A program made the translations under genes and the position numbers. This document shows, one piece after another, positions 62,509-64,000 of a DNA stretch of 64,000 nucleotides (the stretch's first letter is position 1; the number at the start of each line of letters is the position of its first letter). The stretch is from positions 124,001 to 188,000 of the forward strand of contig JAQGDQ010000205.1 of the NCBI GenBank assembly GCA_030141605.1, in the 5' to 3' direction. The notes beneath the pieces are model-generated. The model was not told where the DNA came from, did no database searches, and worked only from the letters and a program-made list of their open reading frames with translations. This DNA is from Tubiluchus corallicola (lineage: Eukaryota; Animalia; Priapulida).

Positions 62509-62598
62509 GTAATAGGAACAACTGGAATAACTTTCAAATGCAGCTGTCTGAAAATAGAGAGGTGCGTGACTATTTAAAAAAATATCGCGGTTGCTTGT

Positions 62599-63585
62599 CA
62601 GGGCTGGTGCTAGGAAGTTCGGGGCTAAATTAGAAAATTGAATGGGGGCCCTCTGCCCTACAAAAGCTGAAAATTGATGTTTTGTGCTTCACGGGAATAT
62701 TCAAATATCTCGATCAGGAATAAACAACAACAAGGAGGCTATTCGTGGCTTTAATTCCGAATGGTACCGACAGAAAAGTTGGCTTTGCGGCTGTGAAATA
62801 AAAAATGCATTGTTTTGTTTCGCATGTTTGCTGTTTGGAGGTGATGTAACTTTTCTGAAGCACCACCCCCACTAATTCTAGGTACGAGCTGCCACTTGCT
62901 TAATTCAATTCAATTCAGTTTATTTATTTCACTTCAATAGTATATCATACTAGTAGTATACATTTTACATTCATGTAATGTATGTCATTGCATAATTTTA
63001 GTTCAAGTTAACAGATGTAATGATAACAATTAGTATCTATTTACGATAATACTACTGCAGTAATTCAAGAAGCTTATAATAGCTTGCAAGAATGGCTGAA
63101 TGTGAAATAGAAACAAGGGGGACAATCTCTATACAAAAGCATGTAGAAAAGGAATAAGTAAAAAATGTTATGGCTGAAATGAGAAAAGAACAGAAAAAGA
63201 TATGAGAATTATACTTATGTTAGCACCAACGTGCTTCGTGTAGTACGCTATTCTCCTACGCTAAGATTAAACTAAATCACGTGTTTATGCACGGTGGTGC
63301 ACTTTGCACAACTAATGCATTGGGGCTCGCCAGTTACCTTTTTTAAAAGCTGACAAACTGAAATTACAAAACAAATAAACAAGCTACCAGTAAAAAACAT
63401 TGAAACATAGGTATAAGATATCACATTGAATAATTTCAGTACATTCACAGTATCAAGAAACTTTGTACATGCTGGTCACTCATTAATTTATTATAGTGCC
63501 TCATCTCGAGCGTGTTCGCGGGGCCCCCTCTTGGCTCAGGGCCCAAATTGAAGAAATCGGTCAAATAGGCTTATCACTGCCCCTG
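62599..63585 (+). mobile_element. Internally deleted hAT transposon with TTF-type zinc-finger remnant
   Basis: Ends CAGGGCTGGTG / CACTGCCCCTG, degenerate 8-bp TSD TTGCTTGT / TTGCTAAT, and ORF fragment RGFNSEWYRQKSWLCGCEIKNALFCFACLLFGGD (ZnF_TTF-like). Confidence 0.75.
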
Positions 63586-64000
63586 TTGCTAATGAGAGAT
63601 ATGATGTGAATATTGTTGATTGAGAATTGAGCACAGGCTTCTAAGCTAAAGCCATCGATGTTTTTAGACTATCATTCCTTGTAATATCAGTGAATGGACA
63701 TCATAAGGCAGCATGTCTGTTTGTAAGAAAAATTTGAAACTTGGAGTTTAAAAGTACATCACCACTTACTAGTACGTTATCAGGTACTTTGAAATTGTGT
63801 TATACATAACATAAGCAATTTCAGCATGTTGCATTAATTGTTGTTTAGGTCATGGTAATTTATAAGATTGTTCATAGCCTGACAGGGGATCTTGGATCAC
63901 CTTCAGGCTTCTTTTTCTGACTTTTTGACTCATGAAATCTGGGTTTCAAAGTAAATTCACGTATGGAATAGAACTCCAGCCTTGCTATTATGCAGAATTT

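Noticed and set aside
62324-62547. Minus-strand exon/ORF with hydrophobic C-terminus
   Set aside because: Better explained as the antisense of the DCAF11-like plus-strand exon.
63849-64000. Second DCAF11 exon
   Set aside because: Splicing to the TTTAG acceptor gives an immediate stop; no GQV-like continuation found.

Overview
AT-rich, intron-rich animal genomic DNA, probably from an invertebrate (a lophotrochozoan is suggested by the E75 'HCPSQMACPLNP' segment and a MetaSINE-like element, but this is not proven). I assembled eight spliced genes by hand from GT-AG boundaries: nuclear receptor E75/Rev-erb (NR1D, +, 5' exon(s) not found), an ankyrin-repeat SOCS-box protein (-), RPA2 (-), ABHD14-like hydrolase (+), MED4 (+), DHDH-like oxidoreductase (+), CFAP20 (-) and the first coding exon of DCAF11/WDR23 (+). 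Introns and spacers hold tRNA-derived SINEs, LINE remnants, several MITEs/hAT derivatives and compound microsatellites. The most notable items are (i) minimal hammerhead-ribozyme-like motifs in a Penelope/retrozyme-type repeat, one with an intact core between RPA2 and the ankyrin gene, (ii) a 5x ~39-bp tandem array at a MED4 exon/intron junction whose first four units are self-contained GT..branch..polyT..AG mini-introns (recursive-splice/intron-birth geometry), and (iii) a repeat copy downstream of E75 carrying an E-box and a RORE that its sister copy lacks. All coordinates were read by eye and family calls are from recollection; no searches were run.
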